Shown piece after piece: positions 8,615-17,212 of a stretch of 31,300 bases of DNA; positions within the stretch are counted from its first letter, which is position 1, and every line of letters starts with the position of its first letter. This DNA is from an uncultured Bacilli bacterium (GTDB lineage: Bacteria; Bacillota_I; Bacilli_A; RF39; UBA660), in the NCBI GenBank assembly GCA_947632065.1, contig CANRNO010000010.1, positions 1-31,300 on the forward strand. The letters run 5' to 3'. The position numbers and the translations under genes are program-made. The notes under the pieces were generated by a model, which saw only the letters and a list, made by a program, of their open reading frames with translations, was not told where the DNA came from and made no database searches.

Positions 8615-8643
8615 ATTATATCACTTAATATTTTCGATTTCAA
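8615..8643 (-). promoter_or_regulatory. sigma-A promoter TTGAAA-17-TATAAT for ltaS
   Basis: Minus strand has TTGAAA (8643-8638), a 17-nt spacer, then TATAAT (8620-8615). Confidence 0.6.
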
Positions 8644-8662
8644 TAAATTAAGTAAAGCCTTT

Positions 8663-9511
8663 TTATTTTTGATTTTCTTTTTCTTGTTTTTTATTTTCTT
8701 TTAAATCACTTACAACATTATAAGCATTTAGTGCCATACCTACTACAAATATATATGAAAGTATATATACCCAAAGTAGTAAAATTAAGATATTTGAAAT
8801 ACTTCCATAAAATATATCATAATTAGTAAAAGTTCCTATATAAAAGGCATATATTTCTGTTGAAATTATCCAAGCTATTGTTGTAAACATTGCTCCAAAA
8901 CTTGTAGATTTACTTGGTACTTTATCATCTGGTGCGATTACATATAGAAGTTTAATATTAAAATATACAACTAATATTGATACTGGATATTTTAATATTT
9001 GATATACTTTATAGAAAAAATCTACTGCATTTGTATTATTACAATAATTATATATTATTGTAAATATATAATCTCCAAATACAGGAACTAATAGAAGGAA
9101 GAATAAAAGTCCAACTAATATAAAAGTCATTAAAATAGCTTTTACTCTTCTTCTAATAACATCACTATCTTTTATTTTATATATTTCATTAGAAGTAATA
9201 ATCATAGAATGAGCACCATTGGATGCTAAGATAAATGATGATATAAAGAAAACTATAATATTAAAGTTTAACCCTTGTCCTGATATTCTATCTATTACTA
9301 CATTTGCGATTTCTGTTGGCATACTAGCTGAAATACTATTACTAAGTGTTTCAACAGATATAGAAAACGCTGAGGCAACACCTCCAACTAAGGCAATTAA
9401 TGGAATAAGTGATAATACAAAGAAAAAAGCAAGTTGTCCAGGTAGTACTCTCATTTCAGGTTTTCCAATAATCTCAAATGTTTTTCTTAAGAATAGCCTA
9501 ACTTGCTTCAT
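8663..9511 (-). CDS. YihY/BrkB (ribonuclease BN-like) family membrane protein
   Basis: 282 aa, polytopic. The N-terminal ...LPGQLAFFFVLSLIPL.. signature is typical of the YihY family. Confidence 0.75.
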   Translation of the reverse strand: MKQVRLFLRKTFEIIGKPEMRVLPGQLAFFFVLSLIPLIALVGGVASAFSISVETLSNSISASMPTEIANVVIDRISGQGLNFNIIVFFISSFILASNGAHSMIITSNEIYKIKDSDVIRRRVKAILMTFILVGLLFFLLLVPVFGDYIFTIIYNYCNNTNAVDFFYKVYQILKYPVSILVVYFNIKLLYVIAPDDKVPSKSTSFGAMFTTIAWIISTEIYAFYIGTFTNYDIFYGSISNILILLLWVYILSYIFVVGMALNAYNVVSDLKENKKQEKENQK

Positions 9512-9522
9512 ATAATCACCCT

Positions 9523-11559
9523 TTATTTAAAGTCTTCTTTATTAGTAATCATTTCTAACGTTGCTTCGTTTATTGCATCATCTATTGTTTTTATTTCATC
9601 TTCAATCATACTATATCCGACTCCAGCTCCAAATTCATGTGGTAAGTTTTTAAATTCTTTACTAAGTTTTTTAACATATGTAGATATTTGCTTATCATTA
9701 TATCCAACTAAGTAAATTAAAAATTCATTACCATCTGTTCTAATAATTTCAGAATTTTCAAGTTGAGTATTTACTAAGACACCTGCGGCTTTAACAATAA
9801 GTTGATCTCCTTCTTCATGACCATAGTTATCATTTACATATTTAACATTATTTAAGTCTGCGATAACAATTGCTTGAGGGAATACTTTTGAATCTTCCCA
9901 TTCTTGTATTTTAGCATTTAAATAGTTTCTATTTTTTAAAGAAGTAAGCATATCAGTATATTTATGTCTATCATCAATTCTGATTTTTTTCTTTGTCTTC
10001 TTTCTCTTAAATATAAAGTATAAAATTATAAATATTAATATTGGCACAAATATAATTAATAATATATCTATATATATTTCAGAGAATGATTTATCTTTTA
10101 AGAAACTAGAATCTAAATTTTCTATTCCACTATTTTTATAATTATAATAAGAATTAGTATTCATTATATAATTAAATAAATTATAGAATGATTTATCACT
10201 CTTTTTAACCATGAATTTATAATCATTCATCATAGTATCAGTAAATAAAACTGTATAATCAGAGAATAATTTTTCTCTATAATAGTTATATACTTCTTTA
10301 TCTAATACTAATATTTTATTTTTAGCTTTTTTAGTTAATTCTTCTACATTATTTACTGTTTTTATGTTAGCTCTAGAATTAGTTTTTACATATTGATATA
10401 AAGAATTTCCTTTAATCATTAATATATCTTCGCCTTTTAGACTTTCAAAGGAATTGATAATATGATTATCTTTACTTCTTCCTAGAATAACATAATCTTC
10501 TATAAATGTTGAACGTGTTGATAAATATTTAGAACTTTTTACTCCATAATAATCGAAATAAAAATCTATTTCACCTTTATTAATAGCTTTTTGTAATGAC
10601 TTTTTATTTTTGTATTTTTTATATTCAAATTCAATATTAGTAAGTCTAGATATTCTATCTACATATTCTGCAGCAATACCTTTTAAATGACCATTTTTAA
10701 ATACTTCATATGGACTGTTCTCTATATATCCATAAACGTATACTTTAGATGTTAAATCATTTTTTTCTTTAGCACTTAATTTCTTTTCTTTAACATAATA
10801 ATCTAAGTATGCATCATTATATTCACTGACATATTTTGTAGCTTTCCATTTTTTATAATATTTACGAACTATATTATTTAGTTTATCTTCTCCACCTAGT
10901 GTTAAAACAATACGTTTTCTTAGTTCAGTAAAATAATAATTAATTGAATATTTACTATTATCAATAGTACGATTTAAATACATAATATTTGGAACTATTA
11001 TCATGTTTACTTCATTATTATCTAGTGCATTAAATAAAGAATCTATATCTTCATAAGTTTTAAAAGATAAATTATTTCCTGATTTTAGATAATATCTTAC
11101 GTCATCACTTTCTTTTTCGAAAACTCCAAATGTTAAGTTTTTCATATCAGAAATATGATTTATTCTTTGATAATCTTTTCCGATTGCTACATAGTAATCT
11201 TCAAATAATAGTAAATCATTATTTGTTAATTTTTCATTGTTACCTAATATACGAAAACTAAAAGATGAAGAGTTTGGTTTTTCATCTTTTAAATAAGATA
11301 TTTTATTAAAATCTAATCCTATATCTTTTTTAAAATCATTTAAGAATGTAAAGAAAACTCCTTTTCCATTTAGTCCATATAATGGGTAATCATTAATAAC
11401 TTCAAAGTCAACTGATTCTCTTCCATTATCTTGAATCCATTTTTTCTCAGTAACAGTTAATGTAGTTGTGCTATCTTCTTTATTGTAATATCTATAGACT
11501 CCAACAAAGGCAATAATTGCGATTATGGCTGGAATCATGATAACTAATTTCTTTTTCAT
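9523..11559 (-). CDS. Membrane sensor: tandem periplasmic solute-binding-like domains, TM helix and a degenerate GGDEF domain
   Basis: 678 aa. N-terminal anchor, about 480 aa extracytoplasmic, a TM helix (ILLIIFVPILIFIILYFIF), then LTSLKNRNYL...ADLNNVKYVNDNYGHEEGDQ...RTDGNEF. The motif at 9721-9735 reads DGNEF instead of GGDEF. Confidence 0.75.
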   Translation of the reverse strand: MKKKLVIMIPAIIAIIAFVGVYRYYNKEDSTTTLTVTEKKWIQDNGRESVDFEVINDYPLYGLNGKGVFFTFLNDFKKDIGLDFNKISYLKDEKPNSSSFSFRILGNNEKLTNNDLLLFEDYYVAIGKDYQRINHISDMKNLTFGVFEKESDDVRYYLKSGNNLSFKTYEDIDSLFNALDNNEVNMIIVPNIMYLNRTIDNSKYSINYYFTELRKRIVLTLGGEDKLNNIVRKYYKKWKATKYVSEYNDAYLDYYVKEKKLSAKEKNDLTSKVYVYGYIENSPYEVFKNGHLKGIAAEYVDRISRLTNIEFEYKKYKNKKSLQKAINKGEIDFYFDYYGVKSSKYLSTRSTFIEDYVILGRSKDNHIINSFESLKGEDILMIKGNSLYQYVKTNSRANIKTVNNVEELTKKAKNKILVLDKEVYNYYREKLFSDYTVLFTDTMMNDYKFMVKKSDKSFYNLFNYIMNTNSYYNYKNSGIENLDSSFLKDKSFSEIYIDILLIIFVPILIFIILYFIFKRKKTKKKIRIDDRHKYTDMLTSLKNRNYLNAKIQEWEDSKVFPQAIVIADLNNVKYVNDNYGHEEGDQLIVKAAGVLVNTQLENSEIIRTDGNEFLIYLVGYNDKQISTYVKKLSKEFKNLPHEFGAGVGYSMIEDEIKTIDDAINEATLEMITNKEDFK

Positions 11560-11560
11560 A

Positions 11561-12046
11561 CTAACTCTCCGCTTCTGTTTGTTCTGCTGTTTCTTCTCTA
11601 TCTTTTGTAAAAATAAATCCTTCTTTAGAATGATGTTTATATCCTATAATAGGGAATTGTGCACTATCGTTTGATTTGTCTATTATGACTTGTACATCAA
11701 AATATTCTTTTTGATCTTTTTTTAGTTTTTCTAATACGATATTAGCAAGTCCTTTAGCATCTTCTAAACTCACTCCATCATCAATTGTCATTAAAACATT
11801 TATTATCTTTCCTTTAATAACAACTTTGGCTTCTTTTACAGTTTCTTGTTCATTAAGAGCATCTGTAATTTTAGAGATTTCTTTGTTTGTTGGTTTTACT
11901 TCATCTCTTCCATCAAGTCTATCTCCGTATATAGCTCCTCCTTCACTTGGAAAGAAGATATTTTTAACCTCTACTGCAACTAGCATAATTGCTAGAAAAC
12001 AGATAATTGCAATAATTGTAAATTTATTCTTTTTTATAAATTTCAT
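11561..12046 (-). CDS. Membrane-anchored hypothetical protein (possibly YhcN/YlaJ-like)
   Basis: Start preferred at MKFIKKNKF (AAGGA SD). Single TM helix, then a domain with KEAKVVIKGKIINVLMTIDDGVSLEDAKGLANIV that recalls spore-lipoprotein YhcN/YlaJ repeats. The family assignment is tentative. Confidence 0.5.
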   Translation of the reverse strand: MKFIKKNKFTIIAIICFLAIMLVAVEVKNIFFPSEGGAIYGDRLDGRDEVKPTNKEISKITDALNEQETVKEAKVVIKGKIINVLMTIDDGVSLEDAKGLANIVLEKLKKDQKEYFDVQVIIDKSNDSAQFPIIGYKHHSKEGFIFTKDREETAEQTEAES

Positions 12047-12098
12047 TTTTTTCACATCCTTAGTATTTATTTTATTATACACTATACTAGGTTAATAA

Positions 12099-13547
12099 TC
12101 AATTGATGATTTTTCTTTTCTCTAAAGATTTTTGTAATGTTTGTGATGCTAACTTAGGATTAACAGTTCCTTTTGTTTCTTTCATTATTTGTCCCATTAA
12201 ATATTTAAGTGCTCTATCATGTCCATTAATATAGTCTTCTACACTTTCAGGATTAGCATCTATTATTTTTTCTACTATTTCTTCTATTAAAGTTTCATCT
12301 TTAATATTTTGTATACCAGAAGATTTTAGTATTTCATCTATACTTGTATCTTCTTCCATTAGTTTATCTAAAATATCTTTAACATTTTTATTTGTTAGAG
12401 TTTTATCACTTATTTTGTTTATTAAATCTATAAATCTTTCTTTAGTAAGTGTTGTATCATAAATACTTTTTTCTTTTTCGTTTAAGTATTTAGAAATATC
12501 TCCTAATAGAAGATTGGATGCTACTGTAAAGTCTATATTACTATCAAGTAATGTATTTAGATAATCACTTAATGGTTTATTTTGAATTAATTTCTTTATA
12601 TTTACATCACTTATATTTTTCTCTTTATAAAGTTTTACTCTTTCATCTGGTAATAAAGGAATAGTATTTATTACTTTTTCTATTTGTTCTTCTGTAAGTA
12701 CTAGTTTTGGAATATCTGGTTCTGGGAAATATCTATAATCATTTCCTGTTTCTTTAACACGCATTAGAATGGTATCATTTGTTTTATTATCAAATCTTCT
12801 TGTTTGTTCTTTAAAAGTTTTTCCGGCATCTAAAAGTTTTATTTGTCTTAAAGACTCTTTTTCAAGACTTAATTTAACATTGTTAATAGAACCTATATTT
12901 TTTATTTCTACTTTTGTACCGAATGGATCTTCTTTATGTTTTCTTAGGGAAATATTAGCATCACATCTCATTGATCCTTCTTCCATCTTACAATCACTTA
13001 TATCAGCATAAAGAAGTAAGCTTCTTAATTTTTCTATATAAAGTTTTGCTTCTTCTGGTGTTTCTATACATGGCTTTGTAACTATTTCTATTAATGGTAC
13101 TCCAGCACGGTTAAAATCTAGTAAAGTAACATTTTTTCTATGAGTACTTTTACAAGTATCTTCTTCTATGTGCATTTCTTCTATTTCTATTTTTTTAGTT
13201 TTTCCATCTACTTCTATTTCTACATATCCATCATAACCAATTGGTGTTCTAAACTGAGTTATTTGATAGTTTTTAGGATTGTCTGGATAAAAGTAGTTTT
13301 TACGATCAAAATACATTTCACGTCTAATATTACAATTTAGTACTTTACATGCTTTTATAGCTAGATTTACTACTTCTTTATTTAAAGTCGGAAGTGTTCC
13401 AGGATAACCTAAGTCTACTAAGTTAGTAAGTGAGTTTGCACTTTCTCCATATCCATTTGTAGAATTTGAAAATATTTTAGTATTTGTTTTTAATTCAACA
13501 TGTACTTCTATTCCAATTGTTTTTAAATAATTACTCATCTTTATCAC
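12099..13547 (-). CDS. gatB: Asp/Glu-tRNA(Asn/Gln) amidotransferase subunit B
   Basis: 482 aa with IGIEVHVEL, PGTLP, RCDANISL and a C-terminal GatB_Yqey-like tail. Part of the gatC-A-B gene order. Confidence 0.95.
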   Translation of the reverse strand: MIKMSNYLKTIGIEVHVELKTNTKIFSNSTNGYGESANSLTNLVDLGYPGTLPTLNKEVVNLAIKACKVLNCNIRREMYFDRKNYFYPDNPKNYQITQFRTPIGYDGYVEIEVDGKTKKIEIEEMHIEEDTCKSTHRKNVTLLDFNRAGVPLIEIVTKPCIETPEEAKLYIEKLRSLLLYADISDCKMEEGSMRCDANISLRKHKEDPFGTKVEIKNIGSINNVKLSLEKESLRQIKLLDAGKTFKEQTRRFDNKTNDTILMRVKETGNDYRYFPEPDIPKLVLTEEQIEKVINTIPLLPDERVKLYKEKNISDVNIKKLIQNKPLSDYLNTLLDSNIDFTVASNLLLGDISKYLNEKEKSIYDTTLTKERFIDLINKISDKTLTNKNVKDILDKLMEEDTSIDEILKSSGIQNIKDETLIEEIVEKIIDANPESVEDYINGHDRALKYLMGQIMKETKGTVNPKLASQTLQKSLEKRKIIN

Positions 13548-14991
13548 CTTCTTTTGGTTCTAAATCTAAGTTTAAAGTTTTTTCGATAAAACTTCCTAGT
13601 TTGTATATTTGAGCTTCATTAAATGGTGCGGCAATTATTTGCATACCTATTGGTAAGTGTCCTTCTCCAAAGCCTATTGGAAGTGACATTCCTGGAAGTC
13701 CTGCCATATTAACAGGTATTGTTAAAATATCATCTAAGAAACTTTTAACAGCATCATCTAAGTCTTCTCCTAAAGGATAAGCTTTGGTTGTAGTAGTTGG
13801 TCCGATAATTAAATCATAGTCTTGGAATACTTTTAAGAAATTATTTCTTACTGCATTTCTAATTTTTAATGCTTTATTATAATAAATATTAGCATTATCT
13901 CCACTAAGTAAGTAACTACCTATCATTATTCTTCTTTTGACTTCACTTCCAAATCCTATTTTTCTAGTTTTTAAATATAAGTCATCAAAGTCTTTTGGGT
14001 TTTCATATGAATATCCATAACGTATTCCATCAAAACGAGCAAGATTACTACTAGCCTCTCCCATCGCAATAATTTGATATAGTAAGACACATTGTTCTAT
14101 ATAGTCAATATCTACATAATCAATTGTACATCCATTATCCTTTAATATGTTTATTACACTTTTTAATTTGTCTCTTATTTCTTTATCAATATTTTCATTC
14201 ATATAAAATTTTGGTATAGCAATTTTCATACCTTTTATATCTTCTCCGATAAGTCTTGTAAAGTCTTCTTTTTCTCTTTCTATGCTTGTTAAATCTAGAT
14301 TAGAAGGTCCAACTATTTCATTTAGTAGTAAAGCATTTTCATAAACATTTTTAGTCATTGGTCCGATTTGATCTAGGCTTGATGCGAAAGCGATAAGTCC
14401 ATTTCTAGATACACGACCATAAGTTGGTTTAAGTCCTACTATTCCACAGAAGGATGCTGGTTGTCTGATACTTCCTCCTGTATCACTACCTAAAGCAAAT
14501 ACTGCGATACGACTACTTATACTACTTGCACATCCTCCACTTGATCCTCCTGGGACAAGAGTTTTATTCCAAGGATTTTTAACTGGTCCAAAGTATGATG
14601 TTTGATTACTAGAACCCATAGCAAACTCATCCATATTGGCTTTACCAATTATAATCATATTTTTATTTTTTATTTTTTTAATTACATCAGCATCTTCTAT
14701 AGGTATAAAGTTCTCTAACATTTTAGATGCTGCGGTTGTCCTTAAATCTTTAGTATTTATATTATCTTTAATAATTATAGGCATACCAAAAAGTAGAGAA
14801 TCTACTTCTTTTTTGTCTAACTCTTCAGCAGTTTTTATTGCCTCTTCTTTATTTAAAGTAATAAAACAATTTAAATCTTTATTTTTTTCTATTTTTTCAA
14901 ATGATTCATTTATTAAGTCAATAACTTTTATTTCTTTTTTCTTTAATAATTCATTTATTTCTTTTACTGGTAAATTTAAATAATTAGTCAT
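13531..14991 (-). CDS. gatA: Glu-tRNA(Gln) amidotransferase subunit A
   Basis: 486 aa with the amidase signature GGSSGG...GSDTGGSIRQPA. Confidence 0.95.
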   Translation of the reverse strand: MTNYLNLPVKEINELLKKKEIKVIDLINESFEKIEKNKDLNCFITLNKEEAIKTAEELDKKEVDSLLFGMPIIIKDNINTKDLRTTAASKMLENFIPIEDADVIKKIKNKNMIIIGKANMDEFAMGSSNQTSYFGPVKNPWNKTLVPGGSSGGCASSISSRIAVFALGSDTGGSIRQPASFCGIVGLKPTYGRVSRNGLIAFASSLDQIGPMTKNVYENALLLNEIVGPSNLDLTSIEREKEDFTRLIGEDIKGMKIAIPKFYMNENIDKEIRDKLKSVINILKDNGCTIDYVDIDYIEQCVLLYQIIAMGEASSNLARFDGIRYGYSYENPKDFDDLYLKTRKIGFGSEVKRRIMIGSYLLSGDNANIYYNKALKIRNAVRNNFLKVFQDYDLIIGPTTTTKAYPLGEDLDDAVKSFLDDILTIPVNMAGLPGMSLPIGFGEGHLPIGMQIIAAPFNEAQIYKLGSFIEKTLNLDLEPKEGDKDE

Positions 14992-15280
14992 GAATCATCA
15001 CCGGTACCTTTATAAAATCGCCACTTTTATTAGGAGTATTTTTTAATGCTTCTTTAGGGTCTAACATTTCTCCTTTAACATCATCTCTTAATGTTACTTC
15101 TTTATCAAGTGGTGCGATTAATATATCTTCGTTATCAACTTCTAATTCATTCATTTTTTCTATATCATTTAATATTTGTTTTAATTTTATTTTATAGTTT
15201 TCTAGTTCATCTTCATCTATTTCTATTCTAGCTAAGTGTGCTACATGATAAACTTCTTCATCTGTTAGTTTTTCTTCCAT
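14984..15280 (-). CDS. gatC: Glu-tRNA(Gln) amidotransferase subunit C
   Basis: 98 aa with VAHLARIEI..EE motif. Overlaps the gatA start. Confidence 0.9.
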   Translation of the reverse strand: MEEKLTDEEVYHVAHLARIEIDEDELENYKIKLKQILNDIEKMNELEVDNEDILIAPLDKEVTLRDDVKGEMLDPKEALKNTPNKSGDFIKVPVMIHD

Positions 15281-15305
15281 TGGAGTCCCTCCTTTTACAT
15301 ATGAT

Positions 15306-15334
15306 ATTATACCATAAATAGATTTTATTCTAAA
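15306..15334 (-). promoter_or_regulatory. Promoter of gatCAB (TTTAGA-17-TATAAT with TG extension)
   Basis: Minus strand has TTTAGA (15334-15329), a 17-nt spacer, then TGgTATAAT (15314-15306). Confidence 0.55.
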
Positions 15335-15399
15335 GAAAAATAATTATTGTGTATGAAATAATTTATAAAAATGTTATATTTATTATAGAGGTGATTATT

Positions 15400-16242
15400 A
15401 TGTATAAGAAAATAGATAAAGATAATGAAATATTTAAAAATGAACATTCTCCTTTTTTTAAGGATAGATTTATGTTTAATATAATGCTTAAAAATTTAGA
15501 TAGTGAAGATCTTGAACTTTATAGTGATGAAGAAAACTATATAATATGCAGAGGAAGTAAAGATTATCCAACTTGGATATGGACTAAAGATAATTTTGAT
15601 AAGACTAAACTATTTGAGATAGAAGAACTTATGGATATGTATTTAACTGATAAAGAAAAGGATAAATTTACTTGTAAAAAAGAATTATATGATTTATTAG
15701 TTTATGATAATTTTTCTAAATTAAATAAGGAAGATTATTTTGAAATGGGATTTTTACTTTGCAAGACAGCACAAAAACCTGAAGAATGTGATGCTTTTCT
15801 TTCTAAGCCTACTATAGATGATAAAAAGACTTTAATTAAATATTGGAAAGATGATACTGATGAAATGAATGGTGTTGATTCCATTACTAAAGAAGAGGCT
15901 GAAAGAGATGTAGATAGATTTATAAATAGTGATAGTTTTTATGTTCTTAGAAACAAAGATAATAAAATTGTTTGTATGGCAAGTTATAGTGTTAAATATG
16001 GACAAGCAAAAATAAATGATGTGTATACTCCTGATGATGAAAGAAGAAAAGGGTATGCTGTTAATTTAATTTATTTAATGACAAAAGAGTTATTAGATAA
16101 AGGTTTGACTCCACTACTTTATACTGATTATGAATATAAAGCATCTAATGATGCTTATGAAAAAGCTGGATATGAAAGACAAGGAAAGCTTATTAATTTT
16201 AGTTGTAGTAAAGAAAAGAATAAAGGTTCTATTTCTCTTTAA
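15400..16242 (+). CDS. GNAT-family N-acetyltransferase
   Basis: C-terminal acetyl-CoA-binding-like block DDERRKGYAVNLIYLM...NDAYEKAGYE. Start preferred at ATG 15400 (AGAGGTGA SD). The track start at 15349 is a GTG without an SD. Confidence 0.7.
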   Translation: MYKKIDKDNEIFKNEHSPFFKDRFMFNIMLKNLDSEDLELYSDEENYIICRGSKDYPTWIWTKDNFDKTKLFEIEELMDMYLTDKEKDKFTCKKELYDLLVYDNFSKLNKEDYFEMGFLLCKTAQKPEECDAFLSKPTIDDKKTLIKYWKDDTDEMNGVDSITKEEAERDVDRFINSDSFYVLRNKDNKIVCMASYSVKYGQAKINDVYTPDDERRKGYAVNLIYLMTKELLDKGLTPLLYTDYEYKASNDAYEKAGYERQGKLINFSCSKEKNKGSISL

Positions 16243-16288
16243 AAATTTTCTGATTGAAAATCAATTTTATTTATGATAATATAGATAT

Positions 16289-16385
16289 ATCAGATATAGA
16301 TTACATAAAATAAAAATGGAAGGCTCAAGTTATTGAGACTTACCTAATAAAGTTTTGGTTTGCACTCAATTTGAGTGCTTTTTTT
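16289..16385 (+). ncRNA. Putative antitoxin sRNA, copy 1
   Basis: Promoter TTGAAA (16254-16259), 17 nt, then TGaTAATAT (16274-16282). Terminator gcactca/tgagtgc (16362-16378) plus T7 (16379-16385). It ends 1 nt before the convergent ORF's stop codon. There is no conserved ORF. Confidence 0.6.
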
Positions 16386-16386
16386 A

Positions 16387-16455
16387 TTAATTATAAATAA
16401 TCAATAAAATAATGACTACTATAAGTAATACAACTAATAAATCTTTCTTACTCAT
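16387..16455 (-). CDS. 22-aa hydrophobic peptide, putative type I toxin, copy 1 (MSKKDLLVVLLIVVIILLIIYN)
   Basis: ATG at 16455 preceded by AAAAGGAGGTGA SD. Charged N-terminus followed by an 18-residue all-hydrophobic helix. Convergent with sRNA 1. Confidence 0.6.
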   Translation of the reverse strand: MSKKDLLVVLLIVVIILLIIYN

Positions 16456-16608
16456 AGTATCACCTCCTTTTAAACCCCCTCTTTGGACTTTAAAAGGCAA
16501 ACGCTCATTTGAACCTTCATTTATTATATACTAGAAAAAATTAGAATTTTTGCACTTTTTATAAATTTACTGATTGAAAACTGTTTTTATTTATGGTAAT
16601 ATGAATAT

Positions 16609-16709
16609 ATCAGATGTAGATTACATAAAATAAAAAAGGAAGGCTCAAAGTCATGTTGAGCGCTTACCGTATGTTGTGTATGCACTCAAGATGTGAGTGC
16701 TTTTGTTTT
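16609..16709 (+). ncRNA. Putative antitoxin sRNA, copy 2
   Basis: TTGAAA (16574-16579), 17 nt, then TGgTAATAT (16594-16602). Terminator hairpin 16682-16700 followed by TTTTGTTTT. The T-run overlaps the stop codon of the convergent ORF. Confidence 0.6.
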
Positions 16710-16776
16710 ACTTAAATACAATTAATAAAACAATAATAATTAGGAGAAAGAAAATTAGTATTTCGTTTTTTCTCAT
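16708..16776 (-). CDS. 22-aa hydrophobic peptide, putative type I toxin, copy 2 (MRKNEILIFFLLIIIVLLIVFK)
   Basis: ATG at 16776 with AAAGGGG SD 8 nt upstream. Possible TATAAT at 16836-16831. Confidence 0.6.
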   Translation of the reverse strand: MRKNEILIFFLLIIIVLLIVFK

Positions 16777-16931
16777 ATTATCAGCCCCTTTCTATTTGAA
16801 ATAGGGCAAGCGCTCAAAATTGGGTCTCCAATTATATAATAGAAAATTTCTATTTATTAGCGCTTTTTTATAAAAAAAATTAAAAAAATTTACTGATTGA
16901 AAATCAGTTTTATTTATGATAATATGGATAT

Positions 16932-17029
16932 ATCAGATGTAGACTACATAAAATAAAAAGGAAGGCTCAAAGTCATGTTGAGCGCTTGCCTTGTTGGTGT
17001 TGCACTCAAGATGTGAGTGCTTTTGTTTT
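16932..17029 (+). ncRNA. Putative antitoxin sRNA, copy 3
   Basis: TTGAAA (16897-16902), 17 nt, then TGaTAATAT (16917-16925). Terminator hairpin 17002-17020 followed by TTTTGTTTT. Confidence 0.6.
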
Positions 17030-17096
17030 ATCTAAATACAATTAATAAAACAATAATAATTAGAAGAAAGAAAATTAGTATTTCGTTTTTTCTCAT
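17028..17096 (-). CDS. 22-aa hydrophobic peptide, putative type I toxin, copy 3 (MRKNEILIFFLLIIIVLLIVFR)
   Basis: Differs from copy 2 by one residue (K to R at the C-terminus). Same SD and layout. Confidence 0.6.
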   Translation of the reverse strand: MRKNEILIFFLLIIIVLLIVFR

Positions 17097-17212
17097 ATTA
17101 TCAGCCCCTTTCTATTTGAAATAGGGCAAGCGCTCAAATTGGGCCTCCAATTATATATAATAGAAAACTTCAATTTATTAGCGCTTTTTTATGAAAAAAC
17201 TTAGATATTTTA

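Larger units (their letters stand above)
16249..17212. repeat. Three tandem ~320-bp modules (sRNA gene plus convergent mini-ORF)
   Basis: Units run approximately 16249-16565, 16566-16890 and 16891-17212. Units 2 and 3 are near-identical by eye, with scattered substitutions and a 2-nt indel. Unit 1 is diverged but collinear. Confidence 0.9.

Noticed and set aside
15281-15399. A possible T-box or riboswitch leader ahead of gatCAB or the GNAT gene.
   Set aside because: Only about 120 nt are shared by two divergent promoters and two SDs. No specifier or terminator-antiterminator architecture is visible.
16653-16715. Plus-strand mini-ORF in repeat unit 2 (MLSAYRMLCMHSRCECFCFT, Cys-rich) preceded by GGAAGG. 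A counterpart lies at 16975-17016 in unit 3.
   Set aside because: A 2-nt indel between units 2 and 3 changes the frame, giving 13 aa (MLSAVLVGVALKM-like) in unit 3. Unit 1 has only a 6-codon frame. Because the frame is not conserved, the plus-strand transcript is better read as non-coding.
16892-16908. Palindrome ACTGATTGAAAATCAGT overlapping the -35 of sRNA 3, as a possible operator or as the toxin-mRNA terminator.
   Set aside because: It is only partly preserved in unit 1 and lost in unit 2. It is therefore not a conserved element of the module.
16243-17212. The tandem repeats could be taken for a CRISPR array or a satellite.
   Set aside because: The units are about 320 bp, not 25-40 bp. 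They contain promoters, terminators and an SD-led ORF. There is no alternation of short repeats and spacers, and there are no cas genes.
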